Shown here piece after piece: positions 1-9,900 of a stretch of DNA of 59,370 bases. The translations under genes and the position numbers were made by a program. The notes beneath the pieces are model-generated. The model worked only from the letters and a program-made list of their open reading frames with translations, ran no database searches and had not been told where the DNA came from. Source of the stretch: Rhizobium sp. Q54 (GTDB lineage: Bacteria > Pseudomonadota > Alphaproteobacteria > Rhizobiales > Beijerinckiaceae); NCBI GenBank assembly GCA_945901195.1, contig CAMDKB010000001.1, positions 1 to 59,370 of the forward strand, given 5' to 3'. The stretch's first letter is position 1, and every line of letters starts with the position of its first letter.

Positions 1-307
1 ATGGGTAGTTAGAAGGAGTGGCGCTGTGACCTAGGGAAAACCAACTACGAAATCATCCCCGGCTCGGGAAAAACAATTTCGCCCCGCCTGTCCCATCATT
101 TTGACTATGACGCCACGCAAAAATTCATGTTTTTAGAAGAGCCCTTTAGATAGTGAAGTGTTGCTCAAAAACCTCGCGGTCCCGCAGGACGACGGGAAAG
201 CTGAATAATGTGCAGCCCAAAAAATTCAGCGTTCCGCGAATTGGTTTCTTGAGTCATGTCTTTCTATCGTATTGAAATAACTTATAACTTAGAGAATCGC
301 GGCTGAG

Positions 308-1057
308 TTAAAACGCCAGACGCGCATCCAGAATGCCGTAACCGCCAGGGCCGGCGCGGCGATCGTTAACATATCCACCCGAGACTCCGATCTGCATCGG
401 ACCGAATTTTGCCCCTGTTACATGAGCGCCTACACGCCATTGGCTGTAAAAACTGTCGCCAAGAAACAAGACTTCTGGACCAACAAATATTTTTTCTGTA
501 ACCGCCAACCCTGCCTTGAAGCGTGTGTAGTAGGCGTTATTAACGGTTGAGTAAGTGATGTTACCCGACGCCATCGTATATGATGTCGGGTTCATGTAGA
601 AATCGAACGAGGTTTTGAAGCCATAGGAAGTTCCCACAACCTTGTTGGAAGGGTCGGGCTTAGACAGCGTCCGGTTCTGTACGTCTGCTCCTAAATAAAG
701 AGCGAAAGTCGCATTCTTGGCGACCCACTCATAGCCGGCCATGAGATTGCCGCTTGTCTCGTCGCCTTTCACCTGGCCAACGCCGGGCGATGTAGATGTA
801 TAAGTGTATGTGCCAAGGAGGCCGCCAATGCGCAGGCGGGCGCCAGACTCGTCCAGCTTGCTGAAGGGCGCAATTGTACCGATGAGTCCGCCATGCATGG
901 AGCCTTTGCTTGTGCCGCTTAATGAAGCGTCGATAGACGCGCCATAGTTAGCTTCGGGTGTCTGACTGCGCGCGCCGGTATACCATTCCTGGGCGACACC
1001 CGGACCACTCAGGGAAACTGTCACTGAAATCGCGATTACGCAAACACCGGTACGCAT
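308..1057 (-). CDS. bcsS: Cellulose biosynthesis protein BcsS-like outer-membrane beta-barrel
   Basis: Signal peptide, amphipathic beta-strands, C-terminal Phe; segments GARLRIGG..G.Y.Y, PDPSN, GPEV.FLG...Y.QWRVGAHVTG resemble the BcsS family. Confidence 0.7.
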   Translation of the reverse strand: MRTGVCVIAISVTVSLSGPGVAQEWYTGARSQTPEANYGASIDASLSGTSKGSMHGGLIGTIAPFSKLDESGARLRIGGLLGTYTYTSTSPGVGQVKGDETSGNLMAGYEWVAKNATFALYLGADVQNRTLSKPDPSNKVVGTSYGFKTSFDFYMNPTSYTMASGNITYSTVNNAYYTRFKAGLAVTEKIFVGPEVLFLGDSFYSQWRVGAHVTGAKFGPMQIGVSGGYVNDRRAGPGGYGILDARLAF

Positions 1058-1183
1058 GTCTTATATCCTGTCATTCGAAATCACGCCCTCATTCAGACAG
1101 AGAGACGTCTTTCGCAGTGTCATAAGTCTTGCGGTACGGGGCTTACGTAGATGTTAAACGGAAACTATCACCGGTTGTTATGT

Positions 1184-1198
1184 TTAAGAGTGAATTAA
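1184..1198. promoter_or_regulatory. Putative CtrA binding box (TTAA-N7-TTAA)
   Basis: TTAA GAGTGAA TTAA in an AT-rich intergenic region about 130 bp upstream of the bcsS-like start. Confidence 0.5.
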
Positions 1199-1260
1199 TG
1201 GTTTAACAATTTCTTGATCAGGAAATCGAAGCGCTGTCACATTTCAGGACAGCGACGTCA

Positions 1261-1698
1261 TCAAAGATTGATAACGACATAATCCTCTTCAACGGTGACC
1301 TTGTAGGTTTCGGCCTTGAAAGGGCCTGTCAGAAGATCACTGCCATGGGCAACGCCAGCATCATAGGAGCGAACACGGACTTGCTGCGGGTCGCAATAGG
1401 ATTGGCCCGTACGAATGTCGAATTCCCACCCGTGCCAAGGACACTTGATCACTTCGCCTTGATGGGTCAGATGATATTTGCCGGGTTCATCTGAATCGGC
1501 AAAGCTCCCAAGCTTGCCTTTGCACAATGAGCCGGCTTCATGCGGACATTTGTCGCCAATAGCGAAAAACTCCCCGTTCAGATTGAACAAGGCAATCGGT
1601 CGACCCGCTATTTCGACAAGCTTCCTGTCGCCGGGCTTAATTTCTCCGGCGCGAGCTACGACATGGCGAGTGCGGGTTGAAGGTGCGCTGGTTGTCAT
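1261..1698 (-). CDS. Rieske [2Fe-2S] ferredoxin
   Basis: CPH and CPWHGWEFD Rieske ligand motifs; ATGA overlap with the upstream amidohydrolase. Confidence 0.9.
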   Translation of the reverse strand: MTTSAPSTRTRHVVARAGEIKPGDRKLVEIAGRPIALFNLNGEFFAIGDKCPHEAGSLCKGKLGSFADSDEPGKYHLTHQGEVIKCPWHGWEFDIRTGQSYCDPQQVRVRSYDAGVAHGSDLLTGPFKAETYKVTVEEDYVVINL

Positions 1699-2813
1699 GA
1701 CAGGTTGTAGAGTTTCTTTGCGTTGCCGGAAAAGATCATCTCTTTCTTCTCATCGCTCAGGGCAAGTTTGCCGAGAACGAAGCGGGGATCGTCGAAATCC
1801 CAATGGGGATAATCGGTTGAAAACATCACGCGATCGCAACCTATGAACTCAAGGATTTCGGCCAGATCCTGATCACGGTCTGGTTCGTCCAGCGGCTGGG
1901 TCGTGAACCAGATGTGCTCGCGTATATATTCGGAGGGCGGGCGTTTGAGGTGCGGTACTTCCAAGCGAAACCGCATCCAATGCTTGTCGAGACGCCATTT
2001 GAGCGATGGCGCCCAGGCGAGGCCGCCTTCAACCAGAACTATTCTCAGCTGGGGGAATTGTTCAAACACGCCCTCCAGTACCATGCTGGTGATGAGGCTC
2101 TGCATGCCGCGTACATTGGTATGATGTTCTTCGATATAATATGAAGGCGAGCCGCTGCCCGTGGAGGCAAAGCCATTTACGCCGCTGACATGAAAGGAAA
2201 TCGGAAGGTTGCATGCCTGCGCAGCCTCGTAAACAGGCCAGTATTTGCGGCGTCCCAACGGCTCTATGGAGTGCGGTGGCATCATGATCTGAGAGAAAGA
2301 TTTATCTTTGGCGCGCAGTTCAATTTCGACAACGGCAGCCTTGGCGTCATCATGCGCAATAACGATGGAACCGTGCAGACGTGGTTCAGGGTTTACCCAA
2401 TAGTGCAATTGCCAATCATTCACAGCATGGGCCAGGGCGGCGCCAAAATCGAGATTGCGCTGGTTGGCGGGGCCGCGATTGAGCGGCATCAGCATGCCAT
2501 GGTCGATATTATTGGCGTCCAGATGCTGCTCGCGCATGAAGGCCAGATCGGAGCCGGGCGGTCCCTTGGGCGGCCACGCATCGTTGCGGGCGACATCGGG
2601 GGCCATGCGCGGATGCGACAGAGTATCGGCGAGCGCCTGACGGTACAGTCCGCCATAGGTCTTCATATAGTCCTGCCAGCGCTCCGGGAGGAACGGGAGG
2701 ATTTCATCCTTGCTTCCGAATTGTGGATGAATATCACAATCGATGACAGACAAGCGTTGTTTGCCGCCTATCATGACGGGCGCAGGCTGGCTTCTGGTTA
2801 TGACGTCACTCAT
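1695..2813 (-). CDS. Amidohydrolase_2 family protein (candidate catalytic subunit of a dinuclear oxygenase)
   Basis: DCDIH, FHVSG, VEGG and STDYPHWDFD motifs; start set at ATG 2813, which overlaps the upstream stop (ATGA). Confidence 0.85.
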   Translation of the reverse strand: MSDVITRSQPAPVMIGGKQRLSVIDCDIHPQFGSKDEILPFLPERWQDYMKTYGGLYRQALADTLSHPRMAPDVARNDAWPPKGPPGSDLAFMREQHLDANNIDHGMLMPLNRGPANQRNLDFGAALAHAVNDWQLHYWVNPEPRLHGSIVIAHDDAKAAVVEIELRAKDKSFSQIMMPPHSIEPLGRRKYWPVYEAAQACNLPISFHVSGVNGFASTGSGSPSYYIEEHHTNVRGMQSLITSMVLEGVFEQFPQLRIVLVEGGLAWAPSLKWRLDKHWMRFRLEVPHLKRPPSEYIREHIWFTTQPLDEPDRDQDLAEILEFIGCDRVMFSTDYPHWDFDDPRFVLGKLALSDEKKEMIFSGNAKKLYNLS

Positions 2814-3949
2814 GCTGCAGCCTCCGAAGTGTCGAGGGTTTCGCGCAGGCGCGGGTAGGTGTCTAGGGGATTGTCGAGAAGGATGCGCCTGGCAATCGGC
2901 GAGGACGCGGGGACTGGTAGCGCGTCCGTTCCTTCGAAATGCCAATGGGGAAAGTCCGTCGAGAAAAGCAGCATACGGTCGGATTTCATCTGATCGACAA
3001 ACCGCTCCACAGCGCCGGTGTGATCGGGCGCGTCTAAGGGTTGCAATGTCAGGCGGATGTTCTCACGCACGATATCGCCTGGAATGCGTTTGACCCAGGG
3101 GACCTCCGGCCGAACGCCCCGCCAGGTCTTGTTGAATCGCCAAAGGCAGGCTGGCATCCATGTCACGCCGGATTCCGACAATACGAATTTCAGCCCCGGG
3201 AATTTCTGAAATACGCCTTCAGAAACGAGGCTCAGGACCTGATTTTCGAAAGAAAATGCCTGGGCAACATAGTCTTCATAGGCAAAGGAACCCCAGCCTG
3301 CCATTGGCGGGTGATTATAGAGTGAGCCGGCATGAATATTGATCGGCAGATTATGGCGATGGGCAGCTTCATAGATCGGCCAGTGCTGGCGCTTGCCCAA
3401 AAGATCATGTCCCATGGCGAGCATCAGCACTTGCACAAAGCGCTTGTCACCGGCGCGGCGCTCAATTTCCTCGATGGCCAGCTCGATTGAGTTCAGGGGC
3501 ACGAGAATGGAGGCCCGCAGGCGCGGTTCCTTGTTGAGCCAATGCTCGGCAACCCAATCATTCACGGCCTTGCATAACGCTGCAACTATATCTTCACTGT
3601 GCAGGGCGATGCCGCCGAAGACGCAGTTTGCGATGGCAATGCTGGAGCCGAAGCCGTCCAGCGCACCCTTCTGCAAGAGTGCCAGATCGCTGCCAGGCCG
3701 CGCGTCTTTGGGCCGCCAGTCCGGCCGGGCCGCCATGGGCGCGTTAGGCGCATCGCCCGTCATCGTGAAGCTTGTCCGGTTGATGCCCCGCGATTTGAAC
3801 GCGTCAAACCAAAACGCGTCGAGATAGGGCATGAGAGCTTCGGTCGACGGCACGGCGATATGCACATCACAATCTATAGCGGGATGACCGAAGATGCCTG
3901 GCCGCAGCTTCGCGGCTGTCCTGTCAGAAGTTTGTACCAGATCGTCCAT
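2810..3949 (-). CDS. Amidohydrolase_2 family protein (paralog, candidate partner subunit)
   Basis: DCDVH, IHAGS, SESG and STDFPHWHFE motifs; visibly homologous to 1695-2813. Confidence 0.85.
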   Translation of the reverse strand: MDDLVQTSDRTAAKLRPGIFGHPAIDCDVHIAVPSTEALMPYLDAFWFDAFKSRGINRTSFTMTGDAPNAPMAARPDWRPKDARPGSDLALLQKGALDGFGSSIAIANCVFGGIALHSEDIVAALCKAVNDWVAEHWLNKEPRLRASILVPLNSIELAIEEIERRAGDKRFVQVLMLAMGHDLLGKRQHWPIYEAAHRHNLPINIHAGSLYNHPPMAGWGSFAYEDYVAQAFSFENQVLSLVSEGVFQKFPGLKFVLSESGVTWMPACLWRFNKTWRGVRPEVPWVKRIPGDIVRENIRLTLQPLDAPDHTGAVERFVDQMKSDRMLLFSTDFPHWHFEGTDALPVPASSPIARRILLDNPLDTYPRLRETLDTSEAAA

Positions 3950-4108
3950 ACGCTGTTTCCGCCCGCAGCCTTTTCTCGCCTACGGGCAAATCTATCGCAT
4001 CTGCGCCTCGTGCGCTATAGTAGGTCCAATTCGTGTTCACGCGCGGCTCAAGTGCGCGCAGGCGCGATATGCTGCGCAGCTATGTGGGCAGAAATGGGAG
4101 GAACGCAA

Positions 4109-5146
4109 ATGCATTCAGTTTCCGCGCGCCTTGCTCGCTATGGCAAGATGTTCACTCTGGCGGGTTTGCTGTCTGGTGCTTTTCTCGGGCCTGTGGTGGC
4201 GCAGGCGGAGTGGAGCGCCGTTGTTGCCGCCGCGAAGAAGGAAGGGCTTGTCTACGTTTATCAGTCCCAGCATTCGACGCCGCACTGGCAATCGGTCGTC
4301 AAGGATTTTGAATCCAGATATGGCGTTAAAGTGCAGGTTTATGACGCACGCGCCAGCGAAATGACCGAGAAAATCAGAGTCGAACAGACGGCCGGGCGTT
4401 ATCTCGCCGACATCGAATTCCACGGTCGTACTTCCATCTTGCAACAACGCGAGACGGATTTTGTACAGAAGCACGGCGGCATGCCCAATACCGTCAATCT
4501 GCGGGAAGAGTTTCCTGCAGACGAATACTCGGTGCCGGCGTGGGTTCAAAATGTCTGCTTTCTTTATAATACGAGTCTTGTGAAACCTGACGAATCGCCG
4601 CGTGAGTGGAAGGATCTGCTTGATCCCAGGTGGAAGGGCAAGATGCTGACCGACGATATGCGCGTGCTTGGAACGGGCCAGACCTTGTTCGCGGTGTTCT
4701 ACAAGGTTTATGGGAAGGCATTTCTTGAAAAGCTGCAAGCGCAGGATCTGGTGATCGACCGCGATTTGCGCATGGGCTCGCGGCGTGTCGCGCGGGGTGA
4801 GTTTCCCATTCTGCTGACCCAGCAGATTGCGCTGGCCTCGGACCTGAATGGTCTGCCTATCAAGGTCGTCCTGCCCAGTGATGGCTGTCCCTATACGCCC
4901 ATTCGCAGCGCCATGTTGCGTGGCGCGCCGCATCCCAATGCTGCTCGCCTTTTCATGAATCACTTTATCGATATGCAGTCGCAGGTGACCTATGGAAATG
5001 CCTGGGTTGGTACAGTTGTGAAGGGCGTTACAGAAAAGCTTGCGACGCCTGAATCGCGGGCCTTTGCGCAGGTGAAGCTGATGGGCGAAATCGACTATAA
5101 TGATCGTGTCGAAATGCTCGACCTTGCGAAGAAGATGATGAAGTGA
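4109..5146 (+). CDS. ABC-type extracellular solute-binding protein (Fe3+/thiamine/polyamine-like class)
   Basis: GGAGGA RBS before ATG 4109; signal peptide; AAAKKEG, WKDLLDPRWKGK and APHPNAARLF motifs. Confidence 0.85.
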   Translation: MHSVSARLARYGKMFTLAGLLSGAFLGPVVAQAEWSAVVAAAKKEGLVYVYQSQHSTPHWQSVVKDFESRYGVKVQVYDARASEMTEKIRVEQTAGRYLADIEFHGRTSILQQRETDFVQKHGGMPNTVNLREEFPADEYSVPAWVQNVCFLYNTSLVKPDESPREWKDLLDPRWKGKMLTDDMRVLGTGQTLFAVFYKVYGKAFLEKLQAQDLVIDRDLRMGSRRVARGEFPILLTQQIALASDLNGLPIKVVLPSDGCPYTPIRSAMLRGAPHPNAARLFMNHFIDMQSQVTYGNAWVGTVVKGVTEKLATPESRAFAQVKLMGEIDYNDRVEMLDLAKKMMK

Positions 5147-5187
5147 AAACGTATCGAAAGATCAACGGCGATTTCGAGGGGAAAAAT

Positions 5188-6204
5188 ATGTTTCATTCAA
5201 TGTACCGCGGGCTGGCCCTGGCCTCCCTGGTAGCGCTGACTGGCGCGCCAGCCCTTGCCCAAAGCGATTGGGACAAGGTGATTGCTGACGCCAAGAAAGA
5301 GGGCACGGTGCTTGTCTATCACGCGCAGCTGGGCGCGCCGCACTGGCGCATCGTTGTGAATGCATTCACGGCCAAATACGGCATCAAGGTTCAGGAATAT
5401 GATGCGCGCGCGAGTGAATTGACTGAGCGGGTGCGCGTTGAGCAGACTTCGCAACGTTATATTTCAGATATCGAGTTTCACGGTCGCGCCTCGATACTGG
5501 AACAACAGGAAACGAATTTCATCGCTAGGCACGGCGGCGTTCCGAACATGGGAAACATCCGGCCAGAATTTCCGATCGACGAATATTCCATCCCTGCCTG
5601 GGTGCAGAATGTTTGCATGCTCGTCAACACGGCACTGGTAAAAGAGGCTGATCACCCCAGGGAATGGAAGGATATTCTCGATCCCAAATGGAAGGGCAAG
5701 ATATTGTCCGACGACATGCGCGCCGTCGGCTCTGGACAGACAGTGTTTGCGGTTCTTTACAAGCAGTACGGCCAGTCTTTCGCCGAAAGACTGGCACAGC
5801 AGGACATTGTGATTAATCGCGATCTTCGAGCCAATTCACGGCGTGTCGCGCGAGGCGAAAATCCTTTGTTCATTTCGCAGATTCTTGCATTTGCGTCCGA
5901 TCTCAAGGGTCTGCCAGTCAAGGTCATCCTGCCTACGGACGGCTGCCCTTACACCGCTATTCGCGGTGCGATCCTGCGCGGCGCACCGCATCCAAACGCC
6001 GCGCGTGTGTTTATCAATCACTTCCTGGATATGGAGTCGCAACTTGCTTATGCGAATGCCTGGATGGGGACTGTTCTCAAGGGCGTCGCTGAACGGTTGA
6101 CCGATCCGGACACCAAACGCATGGCGGAGGTGAAGTTGATGGGCGAGGTGGCCTTTGTGGATCGTGTCACGATGCTCAAGGCTGCAACGGATATCATGAA
6201 ATAG
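5188..6204 (+). CDS. ABC-type extracellular solute-binding protein, tandem paralog of 4109-5146
   Basis: GAGGGG RBS before ATG 5188; signal peptide; same motifs as the upstream gene. Confidence 0.85.
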   Translation: MFHSMYRGLALASLVALTGAPALAQSDWDKVIADAKKEGTVLVYHAQLGAPHWRIVVNAFTAKYGIKVQEYDARASELTERVRVEQTSQRYISDIEFHGRASILEQQETNFIARHGGVPNMGNIRPEFPIDEYSIPAWVQNVCMLVNTALVKEADHPREWKDILDPKWKGKILSDDMRAVGSGQTVFAVLYKQYGQSFAERLAQQDIVINRDLRANSRRVARGENPLFISQILAFASDLKGLPVKVILPTDGCPYTAIRGAILRGAPHPNAARVFINHFLDMESQLAYANAWMGTVLKGVAERLTDPDTKRMAEVKLMGEVAFVDRVTMLKAATDIMK

Positions 6205-6338
6205 GCGCGCGATAACGCAGTCCTATATTTTGCATGGCGCAATCCTTCAGACCGCCCCAACACAGGGCGTATCGCGACAGCTTGTAAGAACCTTCCGGCT
6301 TTCGCGGAACAGGACCTGCGACCTTGCAGCGTCGGGAA

Positions 6339-7229
6339 TCAGGCCGGCAACATCTGCTGGATGAACTTGCGTGTAGTCTCGGCGACGAGCTCTGGCTTTT
6401 CGATTTGCAAGAGATGACCCGTGCCGGGGATTGAGACGTGCTTAAATCCGAATTTTGCGGCGGCCTGCGGGCCGGAAAACGCGGGTGAAAGGGCGCGCGG
6501 GGCTGCTGGATCGGCGCAGATCAGATAGACCGGCGGCTTCAGTGCGGCCATTGCCTCAAATGAATCGAATTCTGCATTTTCTGTATAGATTCGCGCTTCA
6601 TATTTTCCGGGGCAGGACAGTTCGTAGCCACCGCCTGGCGAGGGGCGGGTGATGGCTTTGGCCATGTCGAATTCCGCGCCCGCTGCCCAGCTGCGTCCAA
6701 GGCGTTGGCGGAACTGGGCTGCCAACTCATCGATGCAGGCAAAGTGATGCGGACGGTTCAGCGCAAAGTTGGCGAGGGTCTGATCCAGCTGCTTGTTCAT
6801 GTCCCGCAAAGGATTCTCTGCGGGCGCGATAAGCGGCGGATCGTACAGGATAAGCCCATCCCATTGGAGATTGTGATCCAGTGCGGCGCGGATGGCGGCG
6901 ATGGAAGATACCGAGTGGAAAAGGCCGAACGTCGGGCGAGGATCAAAATTGGCTGCAATGTAAGCGGCGATATCCACATGATCTCGAGCCATGGCTGCAA
7001 TTGAATGAGTCTGCAGAGACGACAGCGGATTGGCGCCATGATTTCGCAGATCAAACAGACACAATTCATAGTCCGATTGCAGCTGCTCCCAAAACAGGCG
7101 ATAGCCGTCGATGGCAAATCCATTGCCGTGGCTCAGGACAAGACGCGGCGCCCCTGGCCGGGAATACCGGCGCAATTGAATGGAGGCGTTACCCGAGCAG
7201 GCGATATCCAGTGTGTCAAAGGAATTCAT
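6339..7229 (-). CDS. Alpha/beta hydrolase
   Basis: HGNG oxyanion motif, DLRNHG, FHSVS elbow, C-terminal GTGHLLQIEKP. Confidence 0.85.
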   Translation of the reverse strand: MNSFDTLDIACSGNASIQLRRYSRPGAPRLVLSHGNGFAIDGYRLFWEQLQSDYELCLFDLRNHGANPLSSLQTHSIAAMARDHVDIAAYIAANFDPRPTFGLFHSVSSIAAIRAALDHNLQWDGLILYDPPLIAPAENPLRDMNKQLDQTLANFALNRPHHFACIDELAAQFRQRLGRSWAAGAEFDMAKAITRPSPGGGYELSCPGKYEARIYTENAEFDSFEAMAALKPPVYLICADPAAPRALSPAFSGPQAAAKFGFKHVSIPGTGHLLQIEKPELVAETTRKFIQQMLPA

Positions 7230-7373
7230 AAACCGGCCCGTTGATGTTCTGAGAATTCCGTTTGCTGAGGTTTGTCTTTCGAGTCAATGCTGTTGTCGCA
7301 GGACTAATTAGGCAAAGTCTTAATGGGTGAGGCGTAAACTATACCGTACTGAGCCTGTTACCAAGGGTCACCT

Positions 7374-8150
7374 GTGAGCGATTACGATATAAAATCTGCG
7401 CTTATTAACGCCGTCAGGACCGGCGAGATATTCGTTCTGTACCAGCCTCAAGTACTGGCTTCTACAGGCGAGCTGGCTGGAGTGGAATGCCTTGTACGTT
7501 GGCGTCATCCTGAACGTGGAGTCTTGAAGCCAGCCCAGTTTATTCCCGTTGTCGAAGATGACGAGGAAATCATCCAAATGCTCGGGGGTTCAGTTTTACG
7601 GACGGCTTGCCGGGATGCAGCGGCTTGGCCTCACCTTTTCATTGGTGTGAACATCTCGCCGGTGCAGTTCAGGCTGCCTGGTCTTACCGGCGGTTTGGTC
7701 GCGATAGTGGAAGAGGCCGGATTCCCGTTTCATCGGATCGAACTTGAAATTCTGGAGACTTCGTATTTCGAGAACCCCGAACATATGCGCGATGTCCTTT
7801 CTGAGTTGCGAAAGCTCGGCATGGGCATTGCGCTGGACGATTTTGGCACCGGCTATTCTTCACTGGCTGCTTTGCTGGAATTGCCTTTGGACAAACTCAA
7901 GATCGACGCGCAGTTCGTTCGCAAGTTCAACGATATTCGCTCCGCTTCGGTGATACATGCCATCGTCGCGCTGGCACGGGCTATCGGCCTTAAAATCACG
8001 GCCGAAGGGGTTGAGACTGAGCAACAGCGTCTTTTTCTGCGCTCGTCGGGATGCCACTTCCTGCAGGGTTATCTATTCTCGCAACCCGTTGTTGCCGATG
8101 TCATCACGCAAATGATCTCTGCAGGCAAGGTCACACCGCGGGTAAACTGA
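7374..8150 (+). CDS. Stand-alone EAL-domain c-di-GMP phosphodiesterase
   Basis: YQPQ, ECLVRW, VNISP, ELEILE, DDFGTGYSS, KID, AEGVET and QGYLFS motifs; GTG start. Confidence 0.9.
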   Translation: MSDYDIKSALINAVRTGEIFVLYQPQVLASTGELAGVECLVRWRHPERGVLKPAQFIPVVEDDEEIIQMLGGSVLRTACRDAAAWPHLFIGVNISPVQFRLPGLTGGLVAIVEEAGFPFHRIELEILETSYFENPEHMRDVLSELRKLGMGIALDDFGTGYSSLAALLELPLDKLKIDAQFVRKFNDIRSASVIHAIVALARAIGLKITAEGVETEQQRLFLRSSGCHFLQGYLFSQPVVADVITQMISAGKVTPRVN

Positions 8151-8180
8151 CGTTCCACGTCCCTTGCTTGTCGCGTGATT

Positions 8181-9452
8181 TCAACGCTGCAGAGCTATTT
8201 CACTTGATAGCGGGCCCACGCCCTGGGGCACAGGCACTGTTGACGCCGAATAGTCCGAATTCAAGACCAGCGTCGGGCCTGCGGACATCTGGATCTTGTT
8301 GGCGACGATGATTGTGTAGGCGGATTTTTGAGCGACTGGCTTGTCACCGCCTACGTAGAGCCGTCCGCGCGGAAGGTAGATGGTTCCCAGCAAATTGGAC
8401 GCATCGTCGCTGGAGACTTCAAATTTTTCATTATCCACGATCGTAGCGCGGTCCTGATAAATTAACAGTCCCGTCATGTCGCCAGTTCTTGGCGCGCTCA
8501 GTGAAAGGCTGGAATTTTTTTTCATATCCATGCCCGCATTGATGCCGGTAAAGAACAGGCCGATATCTGTCCCGACCAGTCGCGATCCCCCGCCGATGAC
8601 CAAAGGCCCATCCTTGAATACGTAGATGCCGGGTTGCAGTGTAACCTGGGCATTCTTGTCAATTGTCAGGCCACCGCAATATGTGCCGGGCGTCAGGAAG
8701 GTGTCGATGCCAGCAATATATTTCTTTTCTTTGGAAGCTTCGCACGCGCCGACCACTGGAGGTGGTCTGGAAGCGAGCGGATCGGGGAAATTAGGGCAAT
8801 CGATATCAGGCGTAGGAGAGAACGTTCCCCCTCCGGATTTGAAACCACCTGCCGAGCAGGTGAAGGCGGATGTAAGCGTCGCGGAGTCGCGCGCTTCCAA
8901 CCCGTTTACAGACTTGCTGTTGCTGTAAACTGCGCATTTCGGTGCTTCTACCCGCGCCAATTTTTCCAGATCGAAAGTCGAAGGATCCTTTTCGTTCAGG
9001 GCCACAGCGCACACCGGCGCTCCACCCATGATACGTGCAGTGGCGGTGACAGAAATGGCGGACTTAGCCAACCCTGCAGCAACGCCAAGCCCTGCGGAGG
9101 CGTCGGAATTCAGATTGACAGTAATTGTGCGCTTGTCGGCGCCGACTGATCCGCTGAAATTATAGTTGATGTTCTGATTGCTTGCGCCCGCAGCCACAAT
9201 ATTTTGCGCGACCCCGAGGATAGTGGTGTCTTTGGCGTTCCCCAGCCGCATTTCCCGTGCTGCGCCAACCGCAGCGCTGTCCGCCAGCGTTTGCAGTTTG
9301 GCTTGCATCGAAGAGGAGTGAGACATTTCGACTGCCACAACGCTTACGGCCACGAGGCCCGGAAGAGCAATGGCAGCAATCAATCCAACGTTTCCTGAGG
9401 CATCCCAGGCGAACGCGGTCAGATCCGCGAGCCATTTTTTTCGTTTATGCAT
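8181..9452 (-). CDS. TadE/TadG-like pilus assembly protein with extended C-terminal beta-rich domain
   Basis: N-terminal SGNVGLIAAIAL hydrophobic helix and KLQTLADSAAVGAA Tad motif; PGTYCGG and PGIYVF segments; start uncertain (9452 overlaps the upstream stop). Confidence 0.75.
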   Translation of the reverse strand: MHKRKKWLADLTAFAWDASGNVGLIAAIALPGLVAVSVVAVEMSHSSSMQAKLQTLADSAAVGAAREMRLGNAKDTTILGVAQNIVAAGASNQNINYNFSGSVGADKRTITVNLNSDASAGLGVAAGLAKSAISVTATARIMGGAPVCAVALNEKDPSTFDLEKLARVEAPKCAVYSNSKSVNGLEARDSATLTSAFTCSAGGFKSGGGTFSPTPDIDCPNFPDPLASRPPPVVGACEASKEKKYIAGIDTFLTPGTYCGGLTIDKNAQVTLQPGIYVFKDGPLVIGGGSRLVGTDIGLFFTGINAGMDMKKNSSLSLSAPRTGDMTGLLIYQDRATIVDNEKFEVSSDDASNLLGTIYLPRGRLYVGGDKPVAQKSAYTIIVANKIQMSAGPTLVLNSDYSASTVPVPQGVGPLSSEIALQR

Positions 9453-9900
9453 GGTCGCCATCGTCATGGAGGACGGCATGAGCGCGCATGACATATTTGA
9501 TCTGATAGCTCAGCAGGCGCCAGTTCACAGGCTTTGTGACGAACGATGTGGCGCCGGCGCGATAGGCCGCGTCTATTGTTGCGATGCCTTCGTGCCCGGT
9601 GATCATTATAATGGGCAGCTTTGCGAATTTGCTTTCAGCCCGCATCGCCTTGATCAGTTCAACACCATCCATGCCCGGCATCTCAAAATCCACAAGCACG
9701 ATATCAAAGTGCTCCTTGTGAAGACGCTTCAACGCCCGTTCCGCCGTAGGGACCGCGATCACTTGGGCCGCAGGTGTCGTCAGATAAACTGTGGCAAACT
9801 CGCGCTGAATGGGGTCATCATCGACAACGAGCATACGAACACTCGCTTCGAGTACATGGGTGTAACTCGTTTCGCTGGTTTCGATCATGACCGGTGACAT
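9445..9900 (-). CDS. Single-domain response regulator (REC)
   Basis: VVDDD, DFEMPGMDG, ITG and FVTKP; start uncertain. Confidence 0.85.
   Translation of the reverse strand: MSPVMIETSETSYTHVLEASVRMLVVDDDPIQREFATVYLTTPAAQVIAVPTAERALKRLHKEHFDIVLVDFEMPGMDGVELIKAMRAESKFAKLPIIMITGHEGIATIDAAYRAGATSFVTKPVNWRLLSYQIKYVMRAHAVLHDDGDHA

Noticed and set aside
1-307. Possible ncRNA or leader at the left edge
   Set aside because: No family recognisable; context is truncated
3599-4108. N-terminal extension of the 515-aa ORF
   Set aside because: Overlaps the opposite-strand amidohydrolase; RBS and signal peptide support the 4109 start
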